Both the position numbers and the translations under genes were made by a program. A stretch of DNA of 63,108 bases, filler included, from Octopus bimaculoides (taxonomy: Eukaryota), in NCBI RefSeq assembly GCF_001194135.2. It is 4 parts of 3 records of this genome, joined end to end, with 100 filler letters (N's around TTAATTAATTAA, not from the genome) between each part and the next. Parts side by side here need not be neighbours in the genome. Positions count along the whole stretch, not along the records: positions 14,333 to 29,043 come from NC_068994.1; positions 29,144 to 55,865 come from NC_068988.1; 2 more parts are not named here. One strand, given 5' to 3'. How positions within the stretch are numbered: position 1 is the stretch's first letter; every line of letters starts with the position of its first letter. Shown one piece after another: positions 24,690 to 38,089 of the stretch. Below the pieces are notes generated by a model. The model worked only from the letters and a program-made list of their open reading frames with translations, was not told the DNA's origin and searched no databases.

Positions 24690-27110
24690 ATACCACCACC
24701 ACCACCACCACCACCACCACCACCATCACCTCCAACACCATCAGCGCCACCTGCATGCAAGGCCTCCAGNNNNNNNNNNNNNNNNNNNNNNNNNNNNNNN
24801 NNNNNNNNNNNNNNNNNNNNNNNNNNNNNNNNNNNNNNNNNNNNNNNNNNNNNNNNNNNNNNNNNNNNNNNNNNNNNNNNNNNNNNNNNNNNNNNNNNNN
24901 NNNNNNNNNNNNNNNNNNNNNNNNNNNNNNNNNNNNNNNNNNNNNNNNNNNNNNNNNNNNNNNNNNNNNNNNNNNNNNNNNNNNNNNNNNNNNNNNNNNN
25001 NNNNNNNNNNNNNNNNNNNNNNNNNNNNNNNNNNNNNNNNNNNNNNNNNNNNNNNNNNNNNNNNNNNNNNNNNNNNNNNNNNNNNNNNNNNNNNNNNNNN
25101 NNNNNNNNNNNNNNNNNNNNNNNNNNNNNNNNNNNNNNNNNNNNNNNNNNNNNNNNNNNNNNNNNNNNNNNNNNNNNNNNNNNNNNNNNNNNNNNNNNNN
25201 NNNNNNNNNNNNNNNNNNNNNNNNNNNNNNNNNNNNNNNNNNNNNNNNNNNNNNNNNNNNNNNNNNNNNNNNNNNNNNNNNNNNNNNNNNNNNNNNNNNN
25301 NNNNNNNNNNNNNNNNNNNNNNNNNNNNNNNNNNNNNNNNNNNNNNNNNNNNNNNNNNNNNNNNNNNNNNNNNNNNNNNNNNNNNNNNNNNNNNNNNNNN
25401 NNNNNNNNNNNNNNNNNNNNNNNNNNNNNNNNNNNNNNNNNNNNNNNNNNNNNNNNNNNNNNNNNNNNNNNNNNNNNNNNNNNNNNNNNNNNNNNNNNNN
25501 NNNNNNNNNNNNNNNNNNNNNNNNNNNNNNNNNNNNNNNNNNNNNNNNNNNNNNNNNNNNNNNNNNNNNNNNAACCCCACCATCACCACTATCACCACAA
25601 CCCCACCACCAACCCACCACCACCTCACCATCAACCACCATCACCACCATCATCATCATACCACCACGACCACCATCACCACCACCACCATCACCACTAC
25701 AACCGCCGCTGCAGTCGCTACTGCTGCTGCCGCCGCCGCCAGCACCACCACCACCACCACCACAACCACCAGGTTCGCCATCAATACCATCACTGCTATT
25801 CTCCCTTGCCACCCAACTACCACAGCCTACACTAACACCAGAACGAACCATTAACACCACCAGTCTCACTGCTACCACCACCATTCTCACCACGACCACA
25901 ACCGCTGTCATCTCAACACATCTGTACAAAACCGACCATTATTAGAACACAAACTACAACCACCACTACCACCCCAACTACCACCGTACTACTACTACTA
26001 CTACTACTACTACTATCTCCACCACCAGCACCCTTACACCCCCCAGCACCTCCCGACGACAGTTTAACAGGTAGAAATTCGAAGTCACTGTCAATGATAT
26101 ACATGTTTAGGTGTTATATCAGTAGCTTACCGTCGCCAAAGAGTGAATAATACCATCGTGAAAGGTGCGAAATTGTTATGATCTTTTAGACGTTCACTGA
26201 TGAGCAATTAGCTACGTCTTGTATGTGAATTTTCCGTTTGTTGTGTTCCTGTTAAATTTTTGGAAAACTATATATGGGCGTATGGTAAGGAGCTTGCTTC
26301 CCAGCCACATGGTTCCGGGTTCAGTCCCACTGCGTGGCACCTTGGCTAGGTGTCTTCTACTTTAGCCTCGGGCTGACCAAAGCCTTGTGAGTGGATTTGG
26401 TAGACGGAAACTGAAAGAAGCCCGTCGTATATATACGATGATGGTAGTAGTGGTGGTGGTGATGGTGGTGGTAGTGTTGGTGGAGACGGTAGTGGTGGGA
26501 GTGGTGGTTGTAGTGACGTCACCGATGTGTTGGTGATAGTAGCGGTGGTGAGATGATGGGGGTGGCGTTGGTGGTAGTGCTTGTGGCATATGTTCATGTT
26601 AATTGTATTCCATGTTAATTGTAGATTGGGCAATTGGTAGGGTGGCGGTGGTGGGCGGGTGGAGGCGGTGGTAGCTGGAGATGTGGTTATGGTGGTGCTG
26701 TTGATGTTGGTAGTGGTGGTGGTAGGGGCAGTGTTGTTGTTGGCGGTGGTCGTGGTCGTGGTGGCGGTGGTGTTGTTGTTCTTGGTGGTGGCGGTGATGG
26801 TGGTGATGTTGGTGGTGTTGCTGTTGTTGTTGGCGGTNNNNNNNNNNNNNNNNNNNNNNNNNNNNNNNNNNNNNNNNNNNNNNNNNNNNNNNNNNNNNNN
26901 NNNNNNNNNNNNNNNNNNNNNNNNNNNNNNNNNNNNNNNNNNNNNNNNNNNNNNNNNNNNNNNNNNNNNNNNNNNNNNNNNNNNNNNNNNNNNNNNNNNN
27001 NNNNNNNNNNNNNNNNNNNNNNNNNNNNNNNNNNNNNNNNNNNNNNNNNNNNNNNNNNNNNNNNNNNNNNNNNNNNNNNNNNNNNNNNNNNNNNNNNNNN
27101 NNNNNNNGTG

Positions 27111-27166
<56 letters not shown>

Positions 27167-27420
27167 GATGGCGGTGGTGGTGGTGGTGGTGGTTGTGGTT
27201 GTGTTGTCATTGTTGTTTTTCCAGTTATTGTTGTTATTGTTGTTGTTGCTGCTGGTAGTGCTGGTGGTGATGGAGGTGCTAGAGGTGGTGGTGGTGGTGG
27301 TTGGTAGTGGCGACGGGTGGTGGTAGTAAGTGCTGTTGTCGTTGTCGGTGGTAGCGGTGGCTTTGTTAGTGATGGCGGCGGCGGCGGCTGTGGTTGTCAG
27401 CGGTAGTGGTCGGGCCCCGG
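24690..27420. repeat. Low-complexity trinucleotide domain: (CCA/CTA)-rich to about 26050, (GGT/TAG)-rich from about 26440
   Basis: Direct reading; interrupted by gaps. Confidence 0.9.
26275..26437 (+). mobile_element. SINE family A 5' half
   Basis: Matches 12170-12320. Confidence 0.85.
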
Positions 27421-27822
27421 TCGTGCTCTTATTGTTAGCATTGTTATGGATATGATGTAACTGGTGGTGATTGTCGTAATCATTGTGCTACCGTATGGGA
27501 TTGTGGTTGTTGTTCTTATTATCCATGTTGTCATTGTCGTCGGCTTTCTTTAACCCCAGGTCGGTCCTGCTCGGCAATGACTATGATCAAAAGCATTCAA
27601 GCATTCAACTATTCTGTCTTTTGTTTTTTTTTTATATATATTTTAGGTTTTTATTTCACGGTAATAACCGACCGGTCCAGGTACATCTAAGAAGGTAGGG
27701 CACTGATCTTGACGGAACTTGGTTGCTATTTCTAGCTAACAAAGCGACCACCCAGCGGCACCCTCTTTGGTTTCGATAAGTGGATGTGACATTACCGTTG
27801 CTGCTGCTGCTGTTGTTGTTGT

Positions 27823-27880
<58 letters not shown>

Positions 27881-28691
27881 AACGACGACGACGACGATGA
27901 TGATGATGGTGATGGTGATGATGATGATGATGAGGATATTTGTCCTAGTGGTGATGGTGATGACGATGATGAGGATATTTGTCCNNNNNNNNNNNNNNNN
28001 NNNNNNNNNNNNNNNNNNNNNNNNNNNNNNNNNNNNNNNNNNNNNNNNNNNNNNNNNNNNNNNNNNNNNNNNNNNNNNNNNNNNNNNNNNNNNNNNNNNN
28101 NNNNNNNNNNNNNNNNNNNNNNNNNNNNNNNNNNNNNNNNNNNNNNNNNNNNNNNNNNNNNNNNNNNNNNNNNNNNNNNNNNNNNNNNNNNNNNNNNNNN
28201 NNNNNNNNNNNNNNNNNNNNNNNNNNNNNNNNNNNNNNNNNNNNNNNNNNNNNNNNNNNNNNNNNNNNNNNNNNNNNNNNNNNNNNNNNNNNNNNAAAAG
28301 CCACAAACAGTCACGCGCGAAATTGGCGGGAGGTTAAGTCAGAAGGAGAAGGTGGTGGTGGTGGTGGTGGTGGTGGTGCAGCGAGTTGGAGGAGGAGGAA
28401 GGGGAGGAATGGAAGGGGAAGAGAAGGAGAAGAAGAGGTGATGTTAGATAAAGGATGAGGTTAGAGGGCGCTTGGTGGGCGGGAGACAGATGGACAGGCG
28501 ATGAATGTGTGTGTGTATGTGGAGAGAAAGAGAGAGAGAAAGAGAGAGAGGGAGAGCGATACAAAGAGAGGAGGAGAGAGATAAAGAGGGACCGGGAGAA
28601 CGAGATTAAGCCTGCTAAACAAGAGAAAGACGTGTGGAGAGGAAAAGGGAGAGAAGTGCAAGGGAGACGAAAAAGAAGAGATTGGCAAAGA

Positions 28692-28694
<3 letters not shown>

Positions 28695-28737
<43 letters not shown>

Positions 28738-28747
28738 NNNNNNNNNN

Positions 28748-28796
<49 letters not shown>

Positions 28797-28981
28797 GGGT
28801 AAAGAGAGACAGACAGATAGATAGATAAAGAGAGATAGATAGACAGATAGAGAGAGGGAGAGAGAGAGTGTGAGAGGCAGATAGCCTGATAGGCACAATT
28901 ATTCAACTCACCGCCGCCCTCTTACACATATATGAATATATACAATGAGAGATAAGTAAGCAGCGTACACATGGACATATG

Positions 28982-29043
<62 letters not shown>
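28695..29043 (+). repeat. (AG)n, (AGAT)n and (CA)n microsatellite cluster
   Basis: Direct reading. Confidence 0.95.
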
Positions 29044-29143
29044 NNNNNNNNNNNNNNNNNNNNNNNNNNNNNNNNNNNNNNNNNNNNTTAATTAATTAAN
29101 NNNNNNNNNNNNNNNNNNNNNNNNNNNNNNNNNNNNNNNNNNN

Positions 29144-29180
<37 letters not shown>

Positions 29181-31705
29181 TCATCTTCATCATCATCATC
29201 ATCATCGTTTAACATCTGCTTTCCATGCTGGCATTGGTTGGATGGTTTGACTGAGGAGTGGTGAGCCAGAGGCTGCACCAGGATCAATCTGATCTGGCAA
29301 AGTTTCTACAGCTGGATGCCCTTCCTAACATCAACCACTCCGAGAGTGTAGTGGGTGCTTTTATGTGCCACTGGCATGAGGGCCAGTCAGGCAGTTCTGG
29401 CAACAACCATGCTCAAAAGGTGTTTTTATGTGCTACCTGCATGGGAGTCAGTCTGGTGGCACTGGCAACAACCATGCTCGAATATTGTTTTCCTTGTGCC
29501 ACCAGCACATGTGCCAGTAAGGCAACACTGGCAACAATCACTCTTGAATAGTGCTTTTCATGAGTCACCGGTATAGGAGCCAATCCACGATCATGGTTGG
29601 ATGTGCTTTTAATGTTCCACTGGTATGAGTGCCAATCAGGCGGTACTGTCATCAGCCACGTCAGCGATTTTGATTTCACTTGCCTCAATAGGTCTTCACA
29701 AGAAAGGTTTATCGTCCAATGAATGAGGAGTAATCATAAGTGGACTGGTTACACCCACTGGCATAGGCCATGGGCTTATGGTCTCACTTGGCTTGTCGGG
29801 TCTTCTCAAGCACAGCATATCTCTAAAGGTCTTGGTCACTAGTCATTGCTTCGATAAGGCCCAATGTTTGAAGGTCGTGCTTCGCCACCTCATCCCAGGT
29901 TTTCCTGGGTCTACCTCTTCCACAGGTTCCTTCAACTGCTAGGGTGTGACACTTTTTCACACAGCTGTCCTTATTCATTCGCAACACATGATATACCAGC
30001 ACAGTCGTCTCACTTGCACACCACATCTGATGGTTCTTGAATTCAACTTTTCTCTCAGGGCACTTACACTCTGTCATGTATGCACACTGACATTACACAT
30101 CCAGCAGAGCATGCTGGCATCATTCCTTGCAAGCTTACACATGTCCTCAGCAGTCACAGCCCATATTGCACTGCCATGTAGCATGGCTGTTGGTACACCT
30201 GTGTCATACAGGCTACCTTTTACTCTGAGCGAGAGGCCCTTTGTCACCAGCAGAGGTAGGAGTTCTCTGAACTTTGCCCAGGCTATTCTTATTCAAGCAG
30301 CTATGCTTTCCATGCACCCACCTCTGCTACTGACTTGGTCCCCTAGTTAATGGAAGCTATCAACTACTTGCAGTTTTTCTCTCTAGAATGTGACAGAAGT
30401 TGTTCTCTGCACATTTTGAGTGTTTATAGCACCTGAGCATTTGCCACATACAAAAGCTATCTTTGCAGTTAGCCTCCCTTTGATATTGCTGCAGGGGGCT
30501 GAGGACTGATCCTTGGTGGACCCCTATCCCTACTCGGAATCCTTCACTGTACTTGTTGCCAGCCCTCACCTTACTGACAGCATCCCTGTACGTGGCTTGC
30601 ACAGCTCTCACTAACCATTCATCTATACTTAGTTTCCTCATTGATCACCAGATAAGGGATCGGGGGACCCTGTCAAAGGCTTTCTCCATATCAACGAAAG
30701 CCAGGTAGAGAGGTTTATCCTTGGCTAGGTATTTCTCCTGCAGCTGTCTTACTAGAAATATACCATCATTGGTGCTTTTCCCTGGCACGAACCCAAACTG
30801 CATCTCATCTAGATTGACTGTCTCCTTAATTAGTTGGACTATGACCCTCTCCGTGACTTTCATTACTTCATCCAACAACTTGTTACATCGGTAATTATTT
30901 GTATCTAAAGCGTCACCTTTAACTTTGTAGCAGTTGACTATGGTGCTGCTACACCAGTCATTGGGTATGACTCCTTCATGCATCACCTGGTTGACTATAT
31001 GGGTGACTAGGCTATAGCCAACACTGCCAGATATTTTGAGCATCTCTGTGGTGATTCCTGATGGGCCAGGGGCTTTTCCTGTCTTCATACCTTTAATTGC
31101 TTCATCTACCAAGGTATTGTCAATTCAGATAGCTGGTCTCTCTGTTGGGTCAACATTTGGCAGACTCTCTTTCTCCCATTCATTCTCTTTATTGAGCAAC
31201 CTTTCATAGTGGCGTCTCCAAAGAGAGAACTCTTTACAGCCTCATTTAATGCAAGTGAACCATCATCCATGCGGACATATTTCTCTCCAATGACATCACG
31301 ATTCTTTCTCATACACTGTCTTGCAACAGGAAATACTTCATGTCTTTGGTCCTCATGGCGCAGAACATTGGCAATTTTTTTTCTTATCTGCTTCCTCTCT
31401 GGCTAAACTAACCTGTCTCCTAGCTTCCCTTCTGGCAGTCTGATACAATTGCGGGCTACCACCATTGTTCCGGTCCTTCCAAGCCTCTTTCTTTACCTGA
31501 GTAGCCCTGTCAACAACATTGTTCCACTACCACGAGAGGGGACTTTGCACCATCCACAGGTCTGATCAGTGGCCCTCTGCAGATTGTCCTATAGAAACCT
31601 CCAGTTGTCTTCCACATCATGCGATGCTATATCCCCCTCTATTTTGTCAAAGGCTTTGAGTAATACATTTCTAAATCTCTGTCCATTCACAGGATCTTTA
31701 AGCTT
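29181..31705 (-). mobile_element. 5'-truncated, internally deleted RTE-clade LINE with (GAT)n tail
   Basis: RT motifs KAPGPSGI, NYR, QFGFVPGKST, AFVDMEKAFDRVPR, GVHQGSVLSPL; C-terminal GRGRPRKTWDEV; stops and frameshifts; YADD region missing. Confidence 0.93.
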
Positions 31706-31717
31706 AGGCACGTACTG

Positions 31718-32109
31718 TCAGTAATTGCTCAGGGTAGGCAGTTGATGACCTTTATGTAGTAAAACACAAAAAATAAGTGAAACACAGATGCGTGACTGAT
31801 CTCAAGGCAGATTTACTTCTTCCTTTATAGCACATAAAGAAAACAGTGTTTTAGGAGTGTACGCAGCATGTGTACTACAGCACTACTATGTGTAGCTTAA
31901 ATACTGAGATTGAAAAGCAGGGGTGAGTTATGCCTACCTAATCTACAAAAAAGTAAAATATTTTGCATTTTATGCATAGTAATCATAGTAACCTTCATGA
32001 TTTTATTGAATTAGGTGCATATTTTGGCATAAAAGGAAAATGTTGCTATGAATCTATTTTATTTAAGGTAGGCACTGCCTACCTTGCCTACCCCGGCGGC
32101 ATGTCCCTG
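31718..32109. mobile_element. Possible degenerate hAT-type MITE
   Basis: Right end TGCCTACCTTGCCTACCCCGGCGGCATGTCCCTG and complementary GGTAGGCA motif at left; no TSD found. Confidence 0.35.
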
Positions 32110-32820
32110 ATATTTAGTCAACAGATGAGATCCAGAGATTCTCAGTATAGAAAACCCTTAGTAGCACTGAAATGATTCAAACTTAGACTCTAATGTCTTT
32201 ACAAGTGATTAATTCTGTGGAATAAAGAGTGGCTATAAGAGGAATCAAGGTGAGCAATTATGGAGGCAATTTTGCAGATAAACAAATTATATATAACAGC
32301 TTTGGTTTTGTTGTATATATTTATATATATTTTTTCTTCCAAAATTTTCGTTGCTTTTACAAACTTGTCAATAGATATTGACTGAAGATTTTGATGTTAA
32401 ATAATCTTACATTTTAGATCATGATGCAGAGAAGTTTAAAGGGGGAATCTGAAATGTAAGATTTTTTCAACCCTTATGATGGAGACTTGATTTATCCAAT
32501 GTTTATTTCCTTCCATTACGGGTTGCCTAATTTGGTGAACTACATCTACCAGCATTATCATGAATCTCCAAGATCCCAGAAACAGCTGTTGGACTTATAA
32601 CACCTTACCTCTTCCTCTTTAATTTTTTCAGTCGTTTTTATTCAGTGTAAGTTTGATCTATTAAGATATAAATATCTATATAATTACACTTAAATATTCA
32701 TCATCTGAAAATATTCAGTCTTTGCTTTCTTTCTGTTTGCATACATACATACATACATACATACATACATACATACATACATACATACATACACATATAT
32801 ATATACATATATATATATAT

Positions 32821-33049
32821 CATCATCATCATCATCATCATCGTTTAACGTCCGCCTTCCATGCTAGCATGGGTTGGACGATTTGACTGAGGACTGGTGA
32901 AACCGGATGGCAACACCAGGCTCCAATCTAATTTGGCAGAGTTTCTACAGCTGGATGCCTTTCCTAACGGCAACCACTCAGAGAGTGTAGTGGGTGCTTT
33001 TACGTGTCACCCGCACGAAAACGGCCACTCTCGAAATGGTGTCTTTTAT
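32821..33049 (-). mobile_element. RTE 3'-tail fragment, near-identical to 53215-53408
   Basis: (CAT)nCGTTTAACGTCCGCCTTCCATGCTAGCATGGGTTGG... Confidence 0.88.
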
Positions 33050-34973
33050 NNNNNNNNNNNNNNNNNNNNNNNNNNNNNNNNNNNNNNNNNNNNNNNNNNN
33101 NNNNNNNNNNNNNNNNNNNNNNNNNNNNNNNNNNNNNNNNNNNNNNNNNNNNNNNNNNNNNNNNNNNNNNNNNNNNNNNNNNNNNNNNNNNNNNNNNNNN
33201 NNNNNNNNNNNNNNNNNNNNNNNNNNNNNNNNNNNNNNNNNNNNNNNNNNNNNNNNNNNNNNNNNNNNNNNNNNNNNNNNNNNNNNNNNNNNNNNNNNNN
33301 NNNNNNNNNNNNNNNNNNNNNNNNNNNNNNNNNNNNNNNNNNNNNNNNNNNNNNNNNNNNNNNNNNNNNNNNNNNNNNNNNNNNNNNNNNNNNNNNNNNN
33401 NNNNNNNNNNNNNNNNNNNNNNNNNNNNNNNNNNNNNNNNNNNNNNNNNNNNNNNNNNNNNNNNNNNNNNNNNNNNNNNNNNNNNNNNNNNNNNNNNNNN
33501 NNNNNNNNNNNNNNNNNNNNNNNNNNNNNNNNNNNNNNNNNNNNNNNNNNNNNNNNNNNNNNNNNNNNNNNNNNNNNNNNNNNNNNNNNNNNNNNNNNNN
33601 NNNNNNNNNNNNNNNNNNNNNNNNNNNNNNNNNNNNNNNNATATATATATATATATATATATATATAAACAATATATGAGTATATGCATATATATGTACA
33701 TGTATGTATATACGTTCATCTACATGTACATATAGATACATAACTGGGTACATGACGTGGCAAAAGAACAAGGACAAAATGGTAAACAAGGTGCAACAAA
33801 CAAGCAGGCCACATAGAAACATCCCCTTCATCAGCTGCCACCATTAAAACTCCGGCGTTTCGAAGAATTAAGGCACTACACATCGTTAAAATGGTTCTTC
33901 CCACGAACACAAATTAAATTGTTTTCGTGGAGGGTAGTGGCGGACATATATAAATATATATATATATATATTCTGTATAACAAACCCAAACTGCTATATT
34001 TAATTTGTTTTTCTGCATAGTTGCTCCCCCTCCACACACACACATGCACACTATGTATGTATGTATGTATGTATGTATGTATGTATGTATGTGTGTATGT
34101 GTGTGTGGGTGTCTTGTGTGTGTATATAACTACACACATTTCAGCAGTAACAAATTTATTAATATATTATGTCATACAATTTGGCATGTGAGATTACATA
34201 AGATTTTACAATAACATGTTTACATAACATTGCCACATCTTCAGGTAATACTCCATTATAGTTTTATTAGGTGATATACACCAATGGGATTATGATAGCA
34301 TATTTCAAGTGCAGGATAGTTAGATATACTATTTGATTCATTTAGGGATGCAAGTATTAGTGTGAGCCAGTGACCAATAAAAATCTTTAATATCACATGC
34401 ACTACAGATACATTATTTTCAAAAGAAAAGACCAAGTAAATGTAGGAGTGTATATTAGGCTAACATCCCATAAATTCCTTTCCTATATAAGCTAGACAGA
34501 TTCATCATATTCAATCTCCATCAGGAAGTGGTTATAATTTGGTCAAAATGAAATACTGCAGTGTAAAAAAAAAAGCAGCCTTATCAATAAATTTGAAGGA
34601 TTAAGAATAAAATGCCTGCTGTCCATCTGTAGAACTATTCCTATATTGTTACCTTGTTTAGTTGATACTTGTAGAAATGGTATATTCTTTTATATAAATT
34701 ATCCCATATCAATTTTTCCATCTTAAAATTATTTACTCCAATTAAATAACTAATATTCAATATTATCATAATTGATTAGTAAATTGATTATAATGAATAA
34801 AATGCTTGAATAAATAAAATAAAATAAAATAACCTAATCAAATGTGATTCCATTAAATAACTCTATTCTTTACTTCACTTGCCCATTATGATCCTACGTA
34901 CAATTCTTTTGCTTGTTTATACAGAAAAATTATATCCATTTATAAATTTTATTGCTAGCATACTATCTTAATT

Positions 34974-35704
34974 TGTATTCAAAAGCCGCCAGCAAAAAGT
35001 CAACCATTTGTTATTCATGGATGACCACAAACTTTATGCTAATATCAGAATGGAGTTTAGACTGAGAAAGTGTGGTGTGTTAGTCTTGAAGAGAGGCAAA
35101 ATCAAATGTATGGACGGGCTAACAATACCATTTGGGGAGGTTAAGAAGCAGATACAAGAGACGGGCTATAAGCACTTGGGGATACTGGAAATGGATGAAT
35201 TGATGGAGAAAGAAATGAGAGAAAAATTTAAGGTGGAGTACTTGTGCAGACTGAGACTGATCCTTAAGTCAAGATTTAATGGACAGAATAAGATCGAAGC
35301 TATCAACACCTGGGCAGTTTCACTCCTTAGATATGGAGCAGGGGTAAGCACATGGACAGTAGCCAAACTAAACAGCTTAGACAGAAAGACAAGGAAGCTG
35401 CTAACTAGATATGGGTCACTCCACCCAAAAAGTGACACAGACAGACTGTATGCACCAAGAAAAAAAGAGGAAGAGGACTTATTGGATGAGAACACAGCAT
35501 TAGAGCTAAAGAAAACAACATAACATGGTATATAAAAAATGCCACAGAACTGCAATTATTAGAAAAAGGAAGGTCACGCTTGTGTAGGATGAAAGATTGC
35601 AAAGATAAAGCACTATGCAAGAAATTGAAAATGAATGAAACTGAAAATAGGTGGGTAAAGAAAAGAAAACATGGTCAATTTCATAGGGATGTTGAAGATA
35701 AGAC
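34974..35704 (+). mobile_element. Internal fragment of the R4/Dong-type LINE, near-identical to 45318-46050
   Basis: NHLLFMDDHKLY..KCGVLVLKRGK..AINTWAVSLLRY; same lesions as the 45-kb copy. Confidence 0.9.
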
Positions 35705-36725
35705 TAATTAATATATAAGTAGAACAATGTTTGTATTTTTAATCACTTACATCTCATAGGTTAGTACATCAATTTAATAATTTGATAAGCTTATATTAGC
35801 TTTATTAATTTACCTCTTGATCTTATAAATCAAATGTATGTTGATGTCTAGTTTAACTGGCCTAACATATTTTTAACTTAAACTGATCACATTCTATATC
35901 ATATCTACGTATGCACTTACCTCATCTGAATTAAAACACATGCAGTAATGCCTTGATATATGAGTTAATTTGTTGCCAGCGACTGCTCAGAAGGTGAAAA
36001 CACATAAAGTAGAGCAATAATTTCCTATAGTAGTAATGTTATAAATTGCAATTTGTTCTCATAAAAATATTTTACCTATAAAATTTATAATAATGGTGGT
36101 GCCCCAGCATGGCCACAGCTCATGAGCTGAAACTAGATAAAATGCAAAAAAAAAAAAAAAAAAAAAAATAGAAATACTTGTAAATAAATTGCATTAAACA
36201 ACAGTAGAATGTAAAGAATATTTTATGTAAAATAAAAGAATGTCAAGATCATTTACAATAAAAAATATTATTATTGTAATCGTTTTGTGCATCACTCTCA
36301 CTGGCCCTAAACTTGTACACACCATCATTTGTTGATGTAATCACTCGTAGATGAACTTTTAGATTTTTTTAATAAAAAACAAGTCTAGAGTTGTTTGCTT
36401 AGAAGAAGCTTTTATTCACTCTCTTAAAATTTCTTCATAACATGCACAAGCATTAGTTATGGAAGTAGCAACTTTTGCACTGTGTTCAAAATTTGGATCT
36501 TGTGCTTGAAAAATAAAACTCGTAAACCCAGGGTCTCGTAAAGCAGGTCCTCATAAAGTGAGATATTACTATACTTATACTTATTACTCATTAAATACTA
36601 GCTTTATTGCTTTAATCAATAGCCCTTTCATAGTCCCTATTTAAACTTCTTTTATAAATGTGTTTAATCCCGTTGGTTTATACCACTTAATAAACTGCTA
36701 ATGAATATGCAGTAAATTTTCTTGT

Positions 36726-36880
36726 AAAAAACTTATTATTAATACATTGCATTGCATTATACAATTTGGCTTGCAATAACATGTGAGGTTATATAAAGTA
36801 ATGTATTTATACATTACTTTATATAACCTCACATGTTGTTACATGCCAAATTGTATAATGCAATGTGTTAATAAGTTTTT
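36726..36880. repeat. Fold-back palindrome with 29-bp perfect arms
   Basis: 36778-36806 is the exact reverse complement of 36809-36837; imperfect pairing extends to about 75 bp per arm. Confidence 0.92.
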
Positions 36881-38089
36881 CACTGAAATGCATTTAATAC
36901 TATTCAAATAATCCATTTGTTTCATGTATGTATGTATGCATGCTGACTGGGGAAATGCTGCCATCATCAGTGATCTTCAGGGTAACTGGAACCAGTTTAG
37001 GGATTATAACTCCACCATGCCCAAGGCTTTTGCAGCATTTTTTTGTTTACAAACTTAACAAACCATGACATTCTCCTCCCTTCAGTTGTACAAAGGTAAT
37101 GTGTCTTGAGTCTGATAAGTCACCAATATGACTCAGTGCTTTATAAGTGCAAAACCAATGGCCACACTCAGACCAGCCATAACAAACAACCTATATATAT
37201 ATAGTGAGAATTCACAAAAAAAAACAAAACAAAAGATGAAGATGGGTGAGTAAACAACAAACAGATGTATTAGTTTAATGCTTGGAAAGTGAGAAAGTCT
37301 TTTATGTTTCGAGCCTATGCTCTTTGACAGAAAGGAACACAGAAATAAACAGGGAGAGAAAATAAGGTTTAATGGCTAGTGAGGGGAGAGTCATTCTGTT
37401 TTAATTCCTTATTAATTAACATACTCACCAGTTTGATTTCCACTCATTTACTTATTTATTTTCTAAAATTTTCATTGCTTCTTGCAACCTCTTCAATAGT
37501 TGTTGACACTGTCTGTTATCAGAGCCGTGTTTTTTTTGTTTGTTTGTTTCTTTGTTTGTGTGCATGTGTATAAACATATGTATGGATATGTGCGTGTATG
37601 TATGTATGTATGTATGTATGTATGCATGTATGCATGTCCATGTGTGTGTGCATGTATATATATATGTTTATGTGTACGTTTCTATGTATGTATTCTGCAT
37701 ATTCATGTGTTTGTGTGTTTGTGTGTGTGTGTATTTATGTGTGTGCCTCTGTTTCCTGGTGTGTGCATGTTTGAGTGTGTCTATGTGTATGGTTTGTGTG
37801 ACTATATATGTTTGTCTCTTATGTATGGACGTGTGTCTCCATATGTGTCCTTGTGTGTGTGTGTGTATGTGCTTGTCTGTCCATATTACTGTTATACCTA
37901 TCTATCTACTTATCTATCAGTTTACTTACATATCCAGTTACCTACTTATATTTATATATACATGTCTACATAACAGTCTACTAACAATCTACATGTGTAT
38001 GTATAAACTGTGGGTATAGGAGCATCACTACCTTCTATGTATATCTCCTATTTATACTGGGGATGTTTCATTTATGTGGACATGCTCCT

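Noticed and set aside
26190-26222. CTGATGA-GC-AATTA-GC-TACGTC hammerhead look-alike
   Set aside because: The essential GAAA is absent and stem I does not pair.
32609-32705. Strong minus-strand donor and acceptor pair
   Set aside because: All three frames contain stops with either acceptor tried.
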